Shown: in pieces, positions 12,147-24,358 of the stretch
Numbering within the stretch: position 1 is the stretch's first letter
How the letters are laid out: every line of letters begins with the position of its first letter
Assembly: GCF_964204645.1 (NCBI RefSeq)
Contig: NC_134029.1
Coordinates: forward strand, 17,726,950 to 17,790,949
Direction of reading: 5' to 3'
From: Tubulanus polymorphus
Lineage: Eukaryota; Animalia; Nemertea
Length of the DNA: 64,000 nt
Notes under the pieces: generated by a model
Database searches by the model: none
What the model was told of the DNA's origin: nothing
The model's input: only the letters and a program-made list of their open reading frames with translations
Made by a program: the position numbers and the translations under genes

Positions 12147-13140
12147 AAGGAATTTGAATGGCAGGAAACAAGCGACAAAGAGGAATTAATGATCGGGCCG
12201 TATTTATATGAACCAGAGGCAGAACCGAAGCGAAACGGCGATGAACCCAGACCAGAGGCAGAGGGAGACGACGACGAAGGCCGTTTGGAACAGGATAATC
12301 TGAATCAGTGGTATGTTTATACAACAATTAACTTAGAAATATATATTTTGAGATTCATTAAGTCGTAGATTTAACTTTAGGTTTTTGAGCATTGTTGGCC
12401 AAATGAGAGAATCTTTATCATGTTCGTTTCAAAAGCTCAGTGCGATTCAACGTTGTTGTGCTGGCACTGCTGGACTATTCTTGTACTGCATTGCATCAGT
12501 ATAGTATGGTGGCTGATAAGGGCCAAATGCATTAATTTTTACACGGCCTCGATTATAGAAAAACGCAAAACGAAACCTATAGAGCAAAAACGAAAACTTC
12601 GTTTTTGCTACCGCGCAAAAACGAGCTTTTCGTTTTTGCTAGGGCGCAACTATAGACTATAGAGCAAAAACGAAAATGTTCGTTTTTGCTCTATGATTTT
12701 TCGTTTTTGCGCCCTAGCAAAAACGAAAAGTTAGTTTTTGCTCTATAAGTTTCGTTTTGCGTTTTTCTATAATCGAGGTCATATGAAAATAACTCAATAG
12801 AGCAAAAACGAAAGTTTGTTTTTGCTAGGGCGCAAAAACGAATATTATGGAGCAAAAACGAAAAATCATAGAGCAAAAAACGAATATTTTCGTTTTTGCG
12901 CTATAATATTTCGTTTTTGCGCGGTAGCAAAAACGAAGTTTTCGTTTTTGCTCTATAGGTTTCGTTTTGCGTTTTTCTATAATCGAGGTCGTGTAAAAAT
13001 TAATGCATTTGGCCCTTATCAGCCACCATAGTATAGGCTTACAAACAGATATCTATATCCATGCCTTAATAATACTTTTATGGATAATCTTTTTAGGTGC
13101 CAATGTGGACACTGTCAGATCTTAGAGACGGAGGAAGATT
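12147..13140 (+). pseudogene. Spliced remnant of a KolX / P2X7-C-terminal-domain-like gene within a decayed Kolobok-type element
   Basis: Exon to 12310 reads MIGPYLYEPEAEP...DDEGRLEQDNLNQ(W), followed by donor GTATGT at 12311. Acceptor TTTTTAG at 13096 is followed by (W)CQCGHCQILETEE. The Trp codon is split TG|G across the intron. A Kolobok-like end GTCAGTTACCCT-TTAA lies at 13427. Confidence 0.7.
12505..13030. mobile_element. IS3EU-like MITE with long TIRs and internal GCAAAAACGAAA repeats
   Basis: TIRs over 100 bp (TATGGTGGCTGATAAGGGCC... / ...GGCCCTTATCAGCCACCATA) with 6-bp TSD GTATAG (12499-12504, 13031-13036). Confidence 0.85.
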
Positions 13141-15473
13141 TGGCATTGAGAAAAAGCAGTAAAAACACGCCGAGTAGTAAAAACGCAACGTTATCTCATA
13201 GAAGAGAATTTTCAGTGCTCCCTTTATTGACGTTACAGCGCCGGAGATCGACGGAAAATGCCGATGATTCCTAACGCGATATATTCAATGAAATGAATTC
13301 AAAAATTCTCTTACAAAATCATGATTTTCACGGAAACTACACATCTTTGAACAGAACTATTTCAAAATCTTCCTTAGTTCAATAGAACTTATCGAATTTT
13401 GAAATTTAAAAAAGTGTCAGTTACCCTTTAAAGACTCCCTCTGACTTTCCTAGCTCAAAACAAGGAATCTAATTCTTGTCACATTTCCTGATTTACGTCA
13501 GACGAATTTTTCGCCAGACATTATTATCTAATTCGCGTCAATTCGTTTCTCTTGATTTCTTCTTCACTCGCTCATATCATCCACCAAACATGCACATTTA
13601 TGAAGAATTCTGGAACAGACCTAAACTGTTAATGTTATAGAGTCTATGATTCTACAAACCGCAGAGGACGTATATAGATAGCCAGTTTTGAATTTGGTCG
13701 ATCCAACAGTTGACGACATAAAATCGTGACAACCAATCAATGCTTTTGAATCAAACTGTGTCAAGGTGTTTATATCTATCTTACATGGGTAAGATACATA
13801 CACAAATCAGCGAAATGTTTTGTATTTCGTATTGTATTCACTAAAAATCATAGATAAATTCGAACGAATAGTATAGCTGGATCATGGACATATTTAGGTT
13901 ACGTATGTGTCCAAAGCTGGATCGACGGAATTCTTTCAATTGTAGTATTTTATTCTTGGTAACAAAAACTGGGGTTGGAACAATAATAGACATCATCCTT
14001 TAGAGTGGGCACTAAGTGAGGAGCGGATTCAGGGGGTGATCTCAGGAGTCGGACCCCTACCTTCCAATTGAGGTTGCCCTTTCGTCAAGACAAACGCAAA
14101 TTTGACTCTCATCCTCTCAGAAATAGCATCTTTTATGATGTATTTCTTCAAAGATGTCTGACCCTATATTAAAGGGACCCCAGCCTTAGACATGGGTCCT
14201 TTATCCGAAAAATCAATTTTCTTTTCTTCTGGACCACGCCTTCCAATTTTCCTAGATTTCAGAATACTGGAAATACATGTATATACGCTTATTTCCTCAT
14301 GTTGCAATGTTGCATATACGGTTTTGTTTACTTATTGTATAGCCTACTAGCACCGAGTGATATCCGGACTACCAACATATATCCTACTTACATTATAGGT
14401 TCTTGTGTCTACTGTCCCTTGTCTTGATCCCATGTTCTTCTCGGGTAAAACGACTAGAAATTAGATTTTTTTTCGGGGCATTGATGGATGCTGGTCATAT
14501 CTCTAGCCAAGCAATGGGGAAATCATGATTTTTGAAATGTAGTTTTTCGTATGATAGAATGAGATCTCAGTTATTTTATTTTTGTAATTTTATGATTTAT
14601 ATAACTGGTACTGTGGTGTATAGGCTCACTGATTAAATGCTGGTGACAAAGACATCCTTTTCATTAAACGAAAAAGAATGTTTTAGGCCATACGTATATC
14701 TTGGACTGTCAGACCGAAAGATGTACTTCAAATGTGATCACAAATTCGATCCATTTTAAGGATCATACTCGGACCACTATTTTCGTCAATTCAGCCATTG
14801 TCAAACTAACTTCACACGAACGTTGATATTTTCCGGATAGGCCTAAATCTGGTGTCTAAATCTCTTTTTCTGTGCTCTACCTATGCGAATTCTTTTTTGT
14901 TTGTTGTTGAACAATAAAATTCGAAATAAAATTCTTATTACCGAAGCTATTGAAATAACTGCTGATATATTTTCCCGTTGATGCTTCGGTACCTGTCTAG
15001 AAGTCGCTCACATATGAGTCGGAGGACACAAGACATGCTTTTTGTGGCGCATATAGAATCAACCACCATAAATATGAATATGAGTAAATTCAATACATTT
15101 TTTCTACGATAAGAAATGCAAAGAAACTGCGACGAATGCATACCCAACATGTCTTCCCTATTCGAAGCTACCCACGGCTAAATAGTTTGTATTCTGTATT
15201 TTTACTGCAATATTACATATATCGTTCAAGATTCAAGATTCAATTTTTATTGTTCACAATTCGCATTGAACAAAAGCTATGACTATAGCTGACTGAGGTA
15301 TATTACTTGACTGTAAATTAAGTACTAAGAGATGGTTTTTCTATAGACTCTCGTGGTTTGTCACACCTATTTCACGTTCCCTAGCGTCCGCACATACCAA
15401 GCGTGAACATCAGTAGTTGAATTCCGACGATTTGACCCGCCACCAGCTAGTATTTCCTATACATATCATTAAG

Positions 15474-15482
15474 ATGACTCAG
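15474..15482 (+). CDS. Probable first coding exon (Met-Thr-Gln) of the uncharacterised gene
   Basis: AAGATGACTCAG|GTAAGA. Splicing to the acceptor at 15901 is in frame with the 397-aa ORF. Confidence 0.55.
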
Positions 15483-15901
15483 GTAAGAATGATATTGAGT
15501 TACTAACGTTAAAACCCACTATATGCAAAATTTCAACGATTAAAAATGAATTCTATATATCAAAAGATACAGGGGCGAACTTGTTAATTGAGTAAATTCC
15601 GAGTGAGTAGAATAATATTACTCAGAAGTTTTCCAAATAACTTTGGTTTTGATAAATAGATATATGCGATTTGAAGTTTATCTTTTTCTGATTTTCGATT
15701 TTATTCAACAACCACTCAAACGCGGAGAACAGATGATAAGATGAAAACCTACTTTTAACACATGTGCTTTTTAAATTGATTTTTTTATTGAATGAATTCT
15801 CGATTTCAAAACTTTAAATCTCATGTTTTTATCTTATTAACTGTGGATCTTGATCACGACCCTTATTAGATCGTTAATCCTTATCAATTTCATTATTTTA
15901 G

Positions 15902-17146
15902 GGAAACAGAAGGAGTCAGTCTACAGTTGACCTGGTATCCCACAGCGAACGCATGCTAAGAGTTCATCGCAAAAATCAGGTGCATTCTTGCGCCCTAAAG
16001 CACCAACTCGAAGCCTATGATAATGAGATGCACAAAATCATAAATAGAATACAACAGGAAATCTACGACATTTACTTCAATGAACATCAACCGCGACTTC
16101 GAGAAATGTCACAGAATCGAATTCGAGCCGCAGAGAATAAAAACTCACGCGATGATGACCCTGAATTTGTAAAAGAAGTTTTGGATTTCAGCGATAATTT
16201 CTTAGATAAAGCGAAAGCTGTATATCATGGCAAAGGGGACGCGAATGCCCTTCCCGCTGTTGGGACATTGGATAAAACAACTGCCGCTTTTTCAAATGAG
16301 AGTAAACCTGCGGGATACGTCCCGTCGAGTTTGCGTAGATTTAGCGTTTCCAAATACCTTCTAGATTCGGCAAAAACAACGACGAATAGTGACGTAACTT
16401 CGACGTTACAGGAACGTAGAAAGTCGTTACACGTGCCCAGAAAATCACCACTGCCCATGATATCTTCTGATGAGAGTTGGACAACACGTCCACCATTACG
16501 TAGAGCCTCGACGATGTTACCCGAGATTCGAGTCAATGCACCAATGAAGAACTACCAGGACTTTCGCACACATGCCGGTAACAGCATCCAGAGAAAGGTC
16601 GCTGAAAAATATACGATCCTTTGGAGAATACTACACGATCCAGAATTTGCACGTCAGCGTTTGAAAGCTAGCACCGAAAATGGGGATATACCCTCCATCA
16701 AACAAGAGCACGAACAAACCACGACATCGCAATTGGTCGGGGACGAAGCTGGAAAGATACCGAAGTCTCCCCTTACACCAAAAATATCGTTCATGAAAAA
16801 TAAGATAATCAATGAAGGTCTTACGTCCTCAGATAGTTCGTCTGTAAGTTCAAATGACGAGGAAACGTGCGCAGCAAACGACGAGCCGGATAACAAAGTT
16901 AACAAAGATTCCGTTGTGGAAGAACGACGAATGAATCCGATTAAACAAGAAAGAAAAACATCCGCTGTTAGTACCGGAATGTCATTCTATGAACTTGTAG
17001 CTTCGTTAAATCGGTCTAAGAAAGTTAAAGACGATGAAATTCCGTCTGTGCGCAGAAAATCCCGCCAGCTGAACCCCAATAAAAACGGATATGGTACAAT
17101 TATTAAACAACAACGACGAAAGTTAAAGAACAAGACAAAACTTTAA
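15902..17146 (+). CDS. Uncharacterised protein: N-terminal predicted coiled coil, then a Ser/Lys/Arg-rich, probably disordered region
   Basis: Open frame of 414 codons after the TTATTTTTAG acceptor. Repeated RRxS/RKxS motifs. AATAAA at ~17197 after the stop. Confidence 0.8.
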   Translation, partial: GNRRSQSTVDLVSHSERMLRVHRKNQVHSCALKHQLEAYDNEMHKIINRIQQEIYDIYFNEHQPRLREMSQNRIRAAENKNSRDDDPEFVKEVLDFSDNFLDKAKAVYHGKGDANALPAVGTLDKTTAAFSNESKPAGYVPSSLRRFSVSKYLLDSAKTTTNSDVTSTLQERRKSLHVPRKSPLPMISSDESWTTRPPLRRASTMLPEIRVNAPMKNYQDFRTHAGNSIQRKVAEKYTILWRILHDPEFARQRLKASTENGDIPSIKQEHEQTTTSQLVGDEAGKIPKSPLTPKISFMKNKIINEGLTSSDSSSVSSNDEETCAANDEPDNKVNKDSVVEERRMNPIKQERKTSAVSTGMSFYELVASLNRSKKVKDDEIPSVRRKSRQLNPNKNGYGTIIKQQRRKLKNKTKL

Positions 17147-19050
17147 ATCCAACTCGTAATCATTAAGAATATAAAACTTGGAGATAAAACTTCGCGAATA
17201 AAAAGTCGGATACTAAGTCCCACGTACAATCACGAAGCTCAGGAAAAGTTAGAATATCGAACGTTGAAATTCAAGCCCGTAGCCAGGGTTTTGAAAGGGG
17301 CGTTCTTAAAGGGCACTTTTGCATGTTTTGTATACCAGGAAAACGAGCATCGTATGCTTAAAAACAGAATTCTGTAGCTATTCCACAAACAATAAAAACA
17401 CAACGAATGAATTTCAGTATTATCATTTGAAATGTAAGAATGAAATTTATTCACCACTAATTTATGTAGTAAGTCAGGCCCGTACGCAGCCTATCTTTTG
17501 GCTGGGTCGGATGGCGACTGCGAGCGCCGCAGACGCGAAGCCCCACAAGGGGGGTTTGGGGGTGCTCCCCCAAGAAAATTTTAGATGCATTTCTGGCCAA
17601 ATTTTAGTGAATATTTCATTTAAAATGTCACTGAAAAAAATGTAATTAATCCTCGTAACATTTTCAGAATAAGTTTTTATTAGGTCCATCATCCAACAAC
17701 ATACGGATTTTTATAAATACATGTTTATGTTTAAACGTTTCGATTAACCTTTTGGCTTCCTGATCGCGGGAATTATAAGAATAAGTTTTGATTGATTGAA
17801 ATCTTTGAAATAGTACGTATATGTATCTCCTAGGTTGATTGATTGAATAAATCCATAGTCATTCATCTGATTTCGTTGTCCAGTAAAAGAGTACGACGAG
17901 TGGAGGTAGCCTTGATTCTCGGATCTCATAAGAGACATATATCTAGCGTGAGGGGGTTTACGACGAACACCCCGAAATCCGAAAAAGGTCCCGTATTTGC
18001 CGAAAAGAATTTTCAAACCCGTGATTCTTAAGCTTGCCCTATTCCTGTTGTGCCTATGGGTACTTAGGATTGGTAGCGAGGGAATTAATACAGAGTAACT
18101 TGCGAGCGTTGGCGTCACAAATGAGAGGAGGTCTTAAACTGTGAACGGGTGGTTTCGCGTCCGATGAGGTCCTGCATTTTCACGGTCACGCACCGTCCTG
18201 GCTGAACTCGTGTTATACGATTAATTTGATGGGCAAGACAGCTCGTTATGTGGCGTTAGCGTTACTAATAAGGATTAGGGCCATTAGATTGATTGGGTCC
18301 TTTCAAGTGAAGTAAGCACTCTGCTCGGATCGGCACGTGTATTACGTTTTCTATGCATCCTCGCTTGCCAGTGGCCCGGTATCGCTCCCCGAACTCAATT
18401 TTACCAGAAGAACGGCTTTAGCTTAGGGTTCGAACCTTTTGAGGGGAAGATGTTTTCTATGATGATTGATAAGCGTAAGGTGCTGCCGCTCATCACTGGC
18501 GCTGTTCATCCGCTGGCAAGCGAGAAACAATGACGTCATCGAGTTGAAGAACCGATTCACCAATCAACGGTGGTTGTGAGTATTTCGATCGTCTACTGAG
18601 GAAATACCTGAACAAGCGCTGATCTGATTTACCGTTGAACGGCTCAAATCATTTTGACAGCAACTATACACTTTATTTTCATCTACGGCGAACTTTTGAT
18701 ACGCGGGTAAGATGTTGATAGCATATAGAACTACTGAGGAGACAGTAGGATAGGTATCAGAGAGGAAGAGTGATGAGATAACAACGACGCATCGGATATT
18801 TTATTAGTGGACCTATTTCATTTTAATTTCAATGCAATTCAATTAATTTAATTATTTAAGGATTGTCAATTCGGACTCTAATTGACACGATGAAATGAAA
18901 CCGAAAATTGAATCAGACATTTTCAGGCAACCTGTGTCAGTGTCAGGTTATGTTAAAAACTGTGTTTGAAATTTACACACACAACAGTAGTAAAAATTTT
19001 CACAATTGCTCATCAAGTGGCGATCCGGTTGTTGTTGGTAGTCAGTCATT

Positions 19051-19400
19051 AGCCTGTCATCCTCCCACGGCAGGGATTCGAACGTATGGCATCGCTACAC
19101 GCAGTCATGGCACGAACCCCAGCCACAGTATACCGGGTGCGCAGATACATGCGCAGCTTTACCAACGAAAACTAGCGGCACCATTCAGATTGCTTGTTGT
19201 ATAATCGCTGGGGTGAATATCACGGAACAACTATAGATGGGAAAACCCAGGCTAAAATAAAACGGGATATCTGATTGGCTGACAATGACATCATCTAAGC
19301 TGCGCATGTAGCTGCGCACTCGGTCTAGTGTGGGTGGGTTTCGTACCGTGGCAATCTCGATGCTGTCAGGCTTGAATCCCTACCGGGGAGGATGGTAGCT
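19051..19400. repeat. Inverted pair of ~105-bp tRNA-like (B-box-bearing) arms
   Basis: 19051-19159 is a diverged reverse complement of 19297-19400. The minus arm has GTTCGAATCCC. Confidence 0.6.
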
Positions 19401-19806
19401 GTGGGTTAGTTTCATGATCGGACATTTTCACTAACAAACCGCATAATAGGAAGTGGGTGTTTTGCCGATGCGGCATTATTTTAGTAAAAGCTAATTTGCC
19501 GATGAAGATAATAGAATATAACAATAAAATCATTATATTGGGTCTAGGATTAGGGTTTCGATAGGGTTAGGGTCTAGAGGGTCCAGAGACAGGTTTTCAT
19601 CGTGAAAAATGACCCTCAATAGCCCCTCAAATACCCCTCAAATTTCATATCGATGGTCCTGTAGAAACCATGATAAGGCAGTGCTGTTGCTAATACAAGT
19701 TATCTCGTAGTTAGTTATTGAGCTATAGGGGGCCTAACAGGCTTTGTCAATCATTGTTCAAAATTGACCAATGAAAATTGAGAATGAAGCAAAGTTTGTT
19801 CTCATT

Positions 19807-19948
19807 AGCCTTGTTCACGCTACCACTAGTTCGACCGTTTTAGAACAGACCAAATCGGCGATTGGCATTTTAGGTCGGTCCTAATTGGTCCGCTCTTAAT
19901 TGGAACAGGCCAGTTAGACCATTCTAATACAAAAGTGTGAACGTGGCT
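19807..19948. mobile_element. Harbinger-like MITE
   Basis: TIRs AGCCTTGTTCAC / GTGAACGTGGCT with 3-bp TSD ATT. Confidence 0.6.
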
Positions 19949-22913
19949 ATTGCCAACCAATTAGAAAGTAGAGTGATTCTTTTTGAGATTCAGCGCAGCT
20001 GAATCTTTTAGTATAAAACAGAGTGCTGAATTCGTCTTGACTGCTATCTCCTCCGAGTGTGAAATGATTCACAGGCTAAGGTCTGCATTAAGTCGGCTGT
20101 AATAATGGCAGCTAAGTGGCAACTGCTTTTGAAGGCTATTGATGAAGCCTAAATTGGGTAAATTGGCAATTTTATGCCGTTTTTGGGGATTTTTAGCGAT
20201 GTAGTGTGACGTCATCTTGATCTACTAAGGCAAACAACACGAGCAGAATTATGCAACATTTGCAGTCGAATTTACAAGTAGGCTTTTTATATATTACTGA
20301 TACAACATAGCCTATAAAATTCTTCAATGAGAAAACTACAAAAGAAGAAATAAAATTGACGAGGATTTTTCATTTACTGTGCTGAAAATTGCATGTCGAT
20401 GCGCGGTCGTAGTTTGCAGTATTTACTGTGGAGCTGTGATGATAGCGCCCTCGTTTTAGTAACATGTGAAGCTCACCAAAATCAACGCCATTAAACTTTA
20501 GATAAAGGATATTCTCTTAATGAAAAAAAGATTTGTTTGAAAATATTTGAACTTAAATTGATTACACTCGGGATTATCTTGACAAAAAGCACGTTTGTAT
20601 CGTTTTAAACAATTCTAATTCGCATTAAAAACACCATACAGATTGGCCAATATTGTATAGTTGAATTTGAACACTCAGTTAGCTGCGCCTGACTCGCTAC
20701 GATCCTGCCTTTGAGCGTGATCCATCTCATTGACCACTGCATTTTTTTGAGCTGCTATGCTAAGGTTCATGATGAAACGGGTTACGTAGTAGGGTAGCTG
20801 CATTCCGCGCGCTTTCTCATACGGCGTGATTTAAGTTGTAACGCCGATAGAATGATCCTACGAGGGAATGTTACTGTCGCCTCTGTCGGGTGAATAGATC
20901 CGCTTACACGCACGTATTGTTCATGTTGAACTGGTGTAGGCCTACTGTAGTTTGAGCATAGATAAACAATTCATTAGAATGTCGAACTTGTTACTAACCC
21001 GACCACACAGAAAGAACCTGTTTAGTTGTAAAATGTTATAATATTTATCAGCTCATTTCTAAAACTGCCGGGTCTGATATAGTAAAATATCATTGATCAT
21101 GGTTTTAAAAAGTAATGTACAGGGTAGATAGGTGGCCGGCTGTGTCAACTATTAAGCTCAGCAATGAATGGAGAGACAAGGTATCATTTTTTTAATCTTA
21201 AAATAGGGATTGTCCCCATTATTTATTCATTTGTTTGGTAAGTTTCGTTTGATTTTTCGATTGAGTGTCCCTTACAGACCCACCACACCTGCCGGGAGCG
21301 AAACAGGGGGTTTGATTTTGAAATCGGAAATCGAAGTACAGATATAGTTGTGTGATCGGCGGTTGAGTTCAGCGGTCAGAATATTTTTTAAATCGAAGTA
21401 CATAATTGGAAATTCGGTTCCGGTTCATCCAAACAATCTTCCATTCAGTCTGAACTGGCAAGTGACTGATTGGGATGAATTTTTCTGGCTGCCTAATTTA
21501 ATACATTGAGATTCTGGAAATAGCTATATTACAAGGTTGAAGATCATTTTGTCCACTTATATATTTTTTTTGTCGTTTTCTACGTGTAAATATTCCGGTA
21601 GTTTAATGTGGTTTTTTCTCGGGTAGATGTTGATGTAGAAATCCTCTAAGTTGATGATTCCGCGTGTTGACTAGATAGGAAGAAAGCACATTTCGAAACG
21701 CAAATTTTCCAGATGAGAGTATTCGGTCCTGGGGTATCCGAAGTGTAGTTGTATGACATCGACAGTGCAGCTCCGATGAGGATGGGTTTCTCCGTCAAGG
21801 GGTGCGCAGTTGGTAATTCACATATGGTGCTGAATTTGCCTAAAAGTAAAAGTTTTACACTGGGAGCAGTTTTGTGTTTCTAATATACAGTGCATAGTTA
21901 GGCCCGTGAATGTATCGCAATCAAACGGACAGTGCTATGCGCATTGGTAGACCGTCAGTAAGAAAGCGGCACAGACACGTGAATATTGAATACATGTTTG
22001 TACACTTACATATATACAGTCTTGATTTTTTAGCCTTAGGTCTTGGCTTTGAAACCTGAAAATCCGGACAGAGTTTGTGTGGAACTAAGAATATTTTCTC
22101 ATCTCCCGATACAGCTAGATTTGATTTCAGCTTCAGCAACAAAAATATAAATATGGCATCTGAGATGCTTTTGATTTAACGAAACCTTATAATTCATTAG
22201 GAGGCTCATAATCTATAATGATTATGATGTATGTATTTCGTTTCAAAATATATGAGGCCTACTTTAAATGTGATTTGTATTTACCTTCTCTTCCTTGTAT
22301 AAACAACTGTTTGTCATTTAAAATCTAATTACCTAATACTTTTATAACATGCATTTCCTTTCATATCAAGTATAAGCTGATACAGCACCTTACTAAACCA
22401 ATGTATGGTCTAGTATGGTGGATATGATTAACTCCTTCAAATTCACTAACTTCTGCGCTGGATCTAACAGTGCCCATGGGCACCTTGTTTACCTTAAGAT
22501 AGGGATCGACCCTGTTAATTAATTGATAGAAGATTTGGTTTGATTTCCTTTTTTGGTGTACCATACAAATGCCAAAACACCTGTCTGGAGTGAAGCAGGA
22601 GGTTTGATTTTGAAAGCGGATATCCAAGCGCAGATACAGTTGTGTGATAGACAGTCTAATTTACAGAATTTTTAGTTTACTTAAGTCGATATACATAATT
22701 GGACATTTCGGTTCGTTTTCCGGTTCATGTTAACAATCTTCCATCCAATCTAAGCCGGCAAGCGACTGATTTGGGTATATTTTTAGCTGTGCCTCGATAA
22801 ATCTAACATGTTGATGTTTACCGTATAAAGTTTCTAATCTAGATCGTCAATGATTTATTGCAGGTGTCGTGTCAGGAAGAAGCGAATGACGTGTGTTTTT
22901 ACGGACTTCTGAA

Positions 22914-23114
22914 ATGCCGTCTGGAGATTCGCGTAAAGATTTTATTCTGACAACGGCTGGTAACTATCTAACGTTACCGGTGTCCGATAGTCGAATATCC
23001 AGTCTTCACAATGATGTCGCGTTGAACTCATTCCTCGATGATGGGAACATTGCCGTTCTGGCGACTACACTTCATCAGCGGGGTGACAGTAACAAAGTGA
23101 CATTCTCGAACAAG
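22914..23114 (+). CDS. DYNC2H1: DYNC2H1 coding exon 1
   Basis: MPSGDSRKDFILTT...NSFLDDGN...TFSNK|GT. An upstream acceptor at 22863 implies a 5' UTR exon further left. Confidence 0.9.
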
Positions 23115-24099
23115 GTACAGTTTCATCTATGGAAACCATAACAGGGTCCCTACGACTTGTTGATTCCAATAGAAACTCCCACTAAGTGCTTTTGAAGGTG
23201 CTTGAAATTCCTTTAAAACACCTTCAATTTTGAGAAAAAGGCAATTAGAAATATTTGGCTAGTTAACTACGCCTAAATTGGTACAGTCGGGATTTGTTTT
23301 TTCCCATTAGGCAGTTACCAAATTAGAAACCAAGTTGAGGTAGTGTAAAGGATAAAAATTTGTTTACAAAACCACAAAATTAACGGCTTACAGACATAAA
23401 CAGTACCGATTTAGGGGGAGTCTACTGTAATTTTGGATATGAAAGTGATGAAGACACTTCGTCGAAAATTTGAAATTTTTTCATGCAGGAATGACTGATT
23501 TGTAAGGATCCTGATTAATGAAACATTGTGCCTTAAAGTCTAACCCAATGAGGTATTGGTATCGCTATTGTGGCAAGTGAGTTGAAAAATCCACCTTATT
23601 TGATGACTTGTTTGATAGGATTTGGAAGCCTGAAATTCGGTTCAAATTCCATTGAAAATTTTTAGTTTAACTGTGGGCTATGTTAGTATCGTTGTGCCAT
23701 CTGGTATGTGCCAGTGCCTCATTAGATTTATAGGCCTATATACAAATTGACTGCCGCCTACAAGTTTTTCCAAAGAAATGAACGGACTGGTTGATATCGT
23801 TGTGGTAGGCGGCCTTATGAATCGTTCGAGGTTTGATTGATAGGCTAAATCCAAATAGCCTATAGGCCTAAACTAATTTCGAGCGAAATTTTTAAGCGAA
23901 AATTTAGAAAAAAAACAAAAAAGCTATAAGATTCAATTATGATAATAATAAGAATAGTTTTAAGAGTATTTTCAGTGCCAAATATTCATAATGAGTGTGA
24001 TCAGTGATACTCATATGTTGGTATAATTACTCTTGAGCGTATTGCTGCGATCACATGGAGACAATTCAAACGGGCACGAACCCATTTTGGTGTGAATGG

Positions 24100-24358
24100 A
24101 GTTGGTCTGCGCCTAATCTGGCAAAATTGCCAAATTAGGTGTGATTGCGGCTTTGACAATATCTCTAGCTGTGTATCAGTCGTCTCACCCTGGGTAGAAG
24201 TAACATCTAAGCTACTATTAGCCCTGAGTAGTCCAGACCAGGTATATGTAGCTTGTTGGAGTGAGGCAATGAAAATAGATTTCTTGCCCGTTGACACGAC
24301 AGGGTTCGAACCTGTGTCTGGCATCTCAAACATTGAACGCTCTGACCACTTGCCCGCA
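24100..24358 (-). mobile_element. tRNA-derived SINE
   Basis: Minus strand has A-box-like GGCAAGTGGTCAGAGCG, B-box GGTTCGAACCC, body GGGCAAG...CATTGCCTCACTCC and a LINE-like tail TGTCAAAGCCGC...GATTAGGCGC. Confidence 0.7.

Noticed and set aside
16225-16905. Minus-strand ORFs overlapping the 397-aa ORF
   Set aside because: Antisense shadows with no independent coding evidence.
17843-18031. Possible tyrosine-recombinase (Crypton) remnant
   Set aside because: Only vague similarity over a few residues in different frames; no convincing catalytic motif.
19545-19575. TTAGGG-like motifs (also near 46925 and 48612) as interstitial telomere
   Set aside because: Only two or three degenerate units; more consistent with the interior of a non-autonomous repeat.
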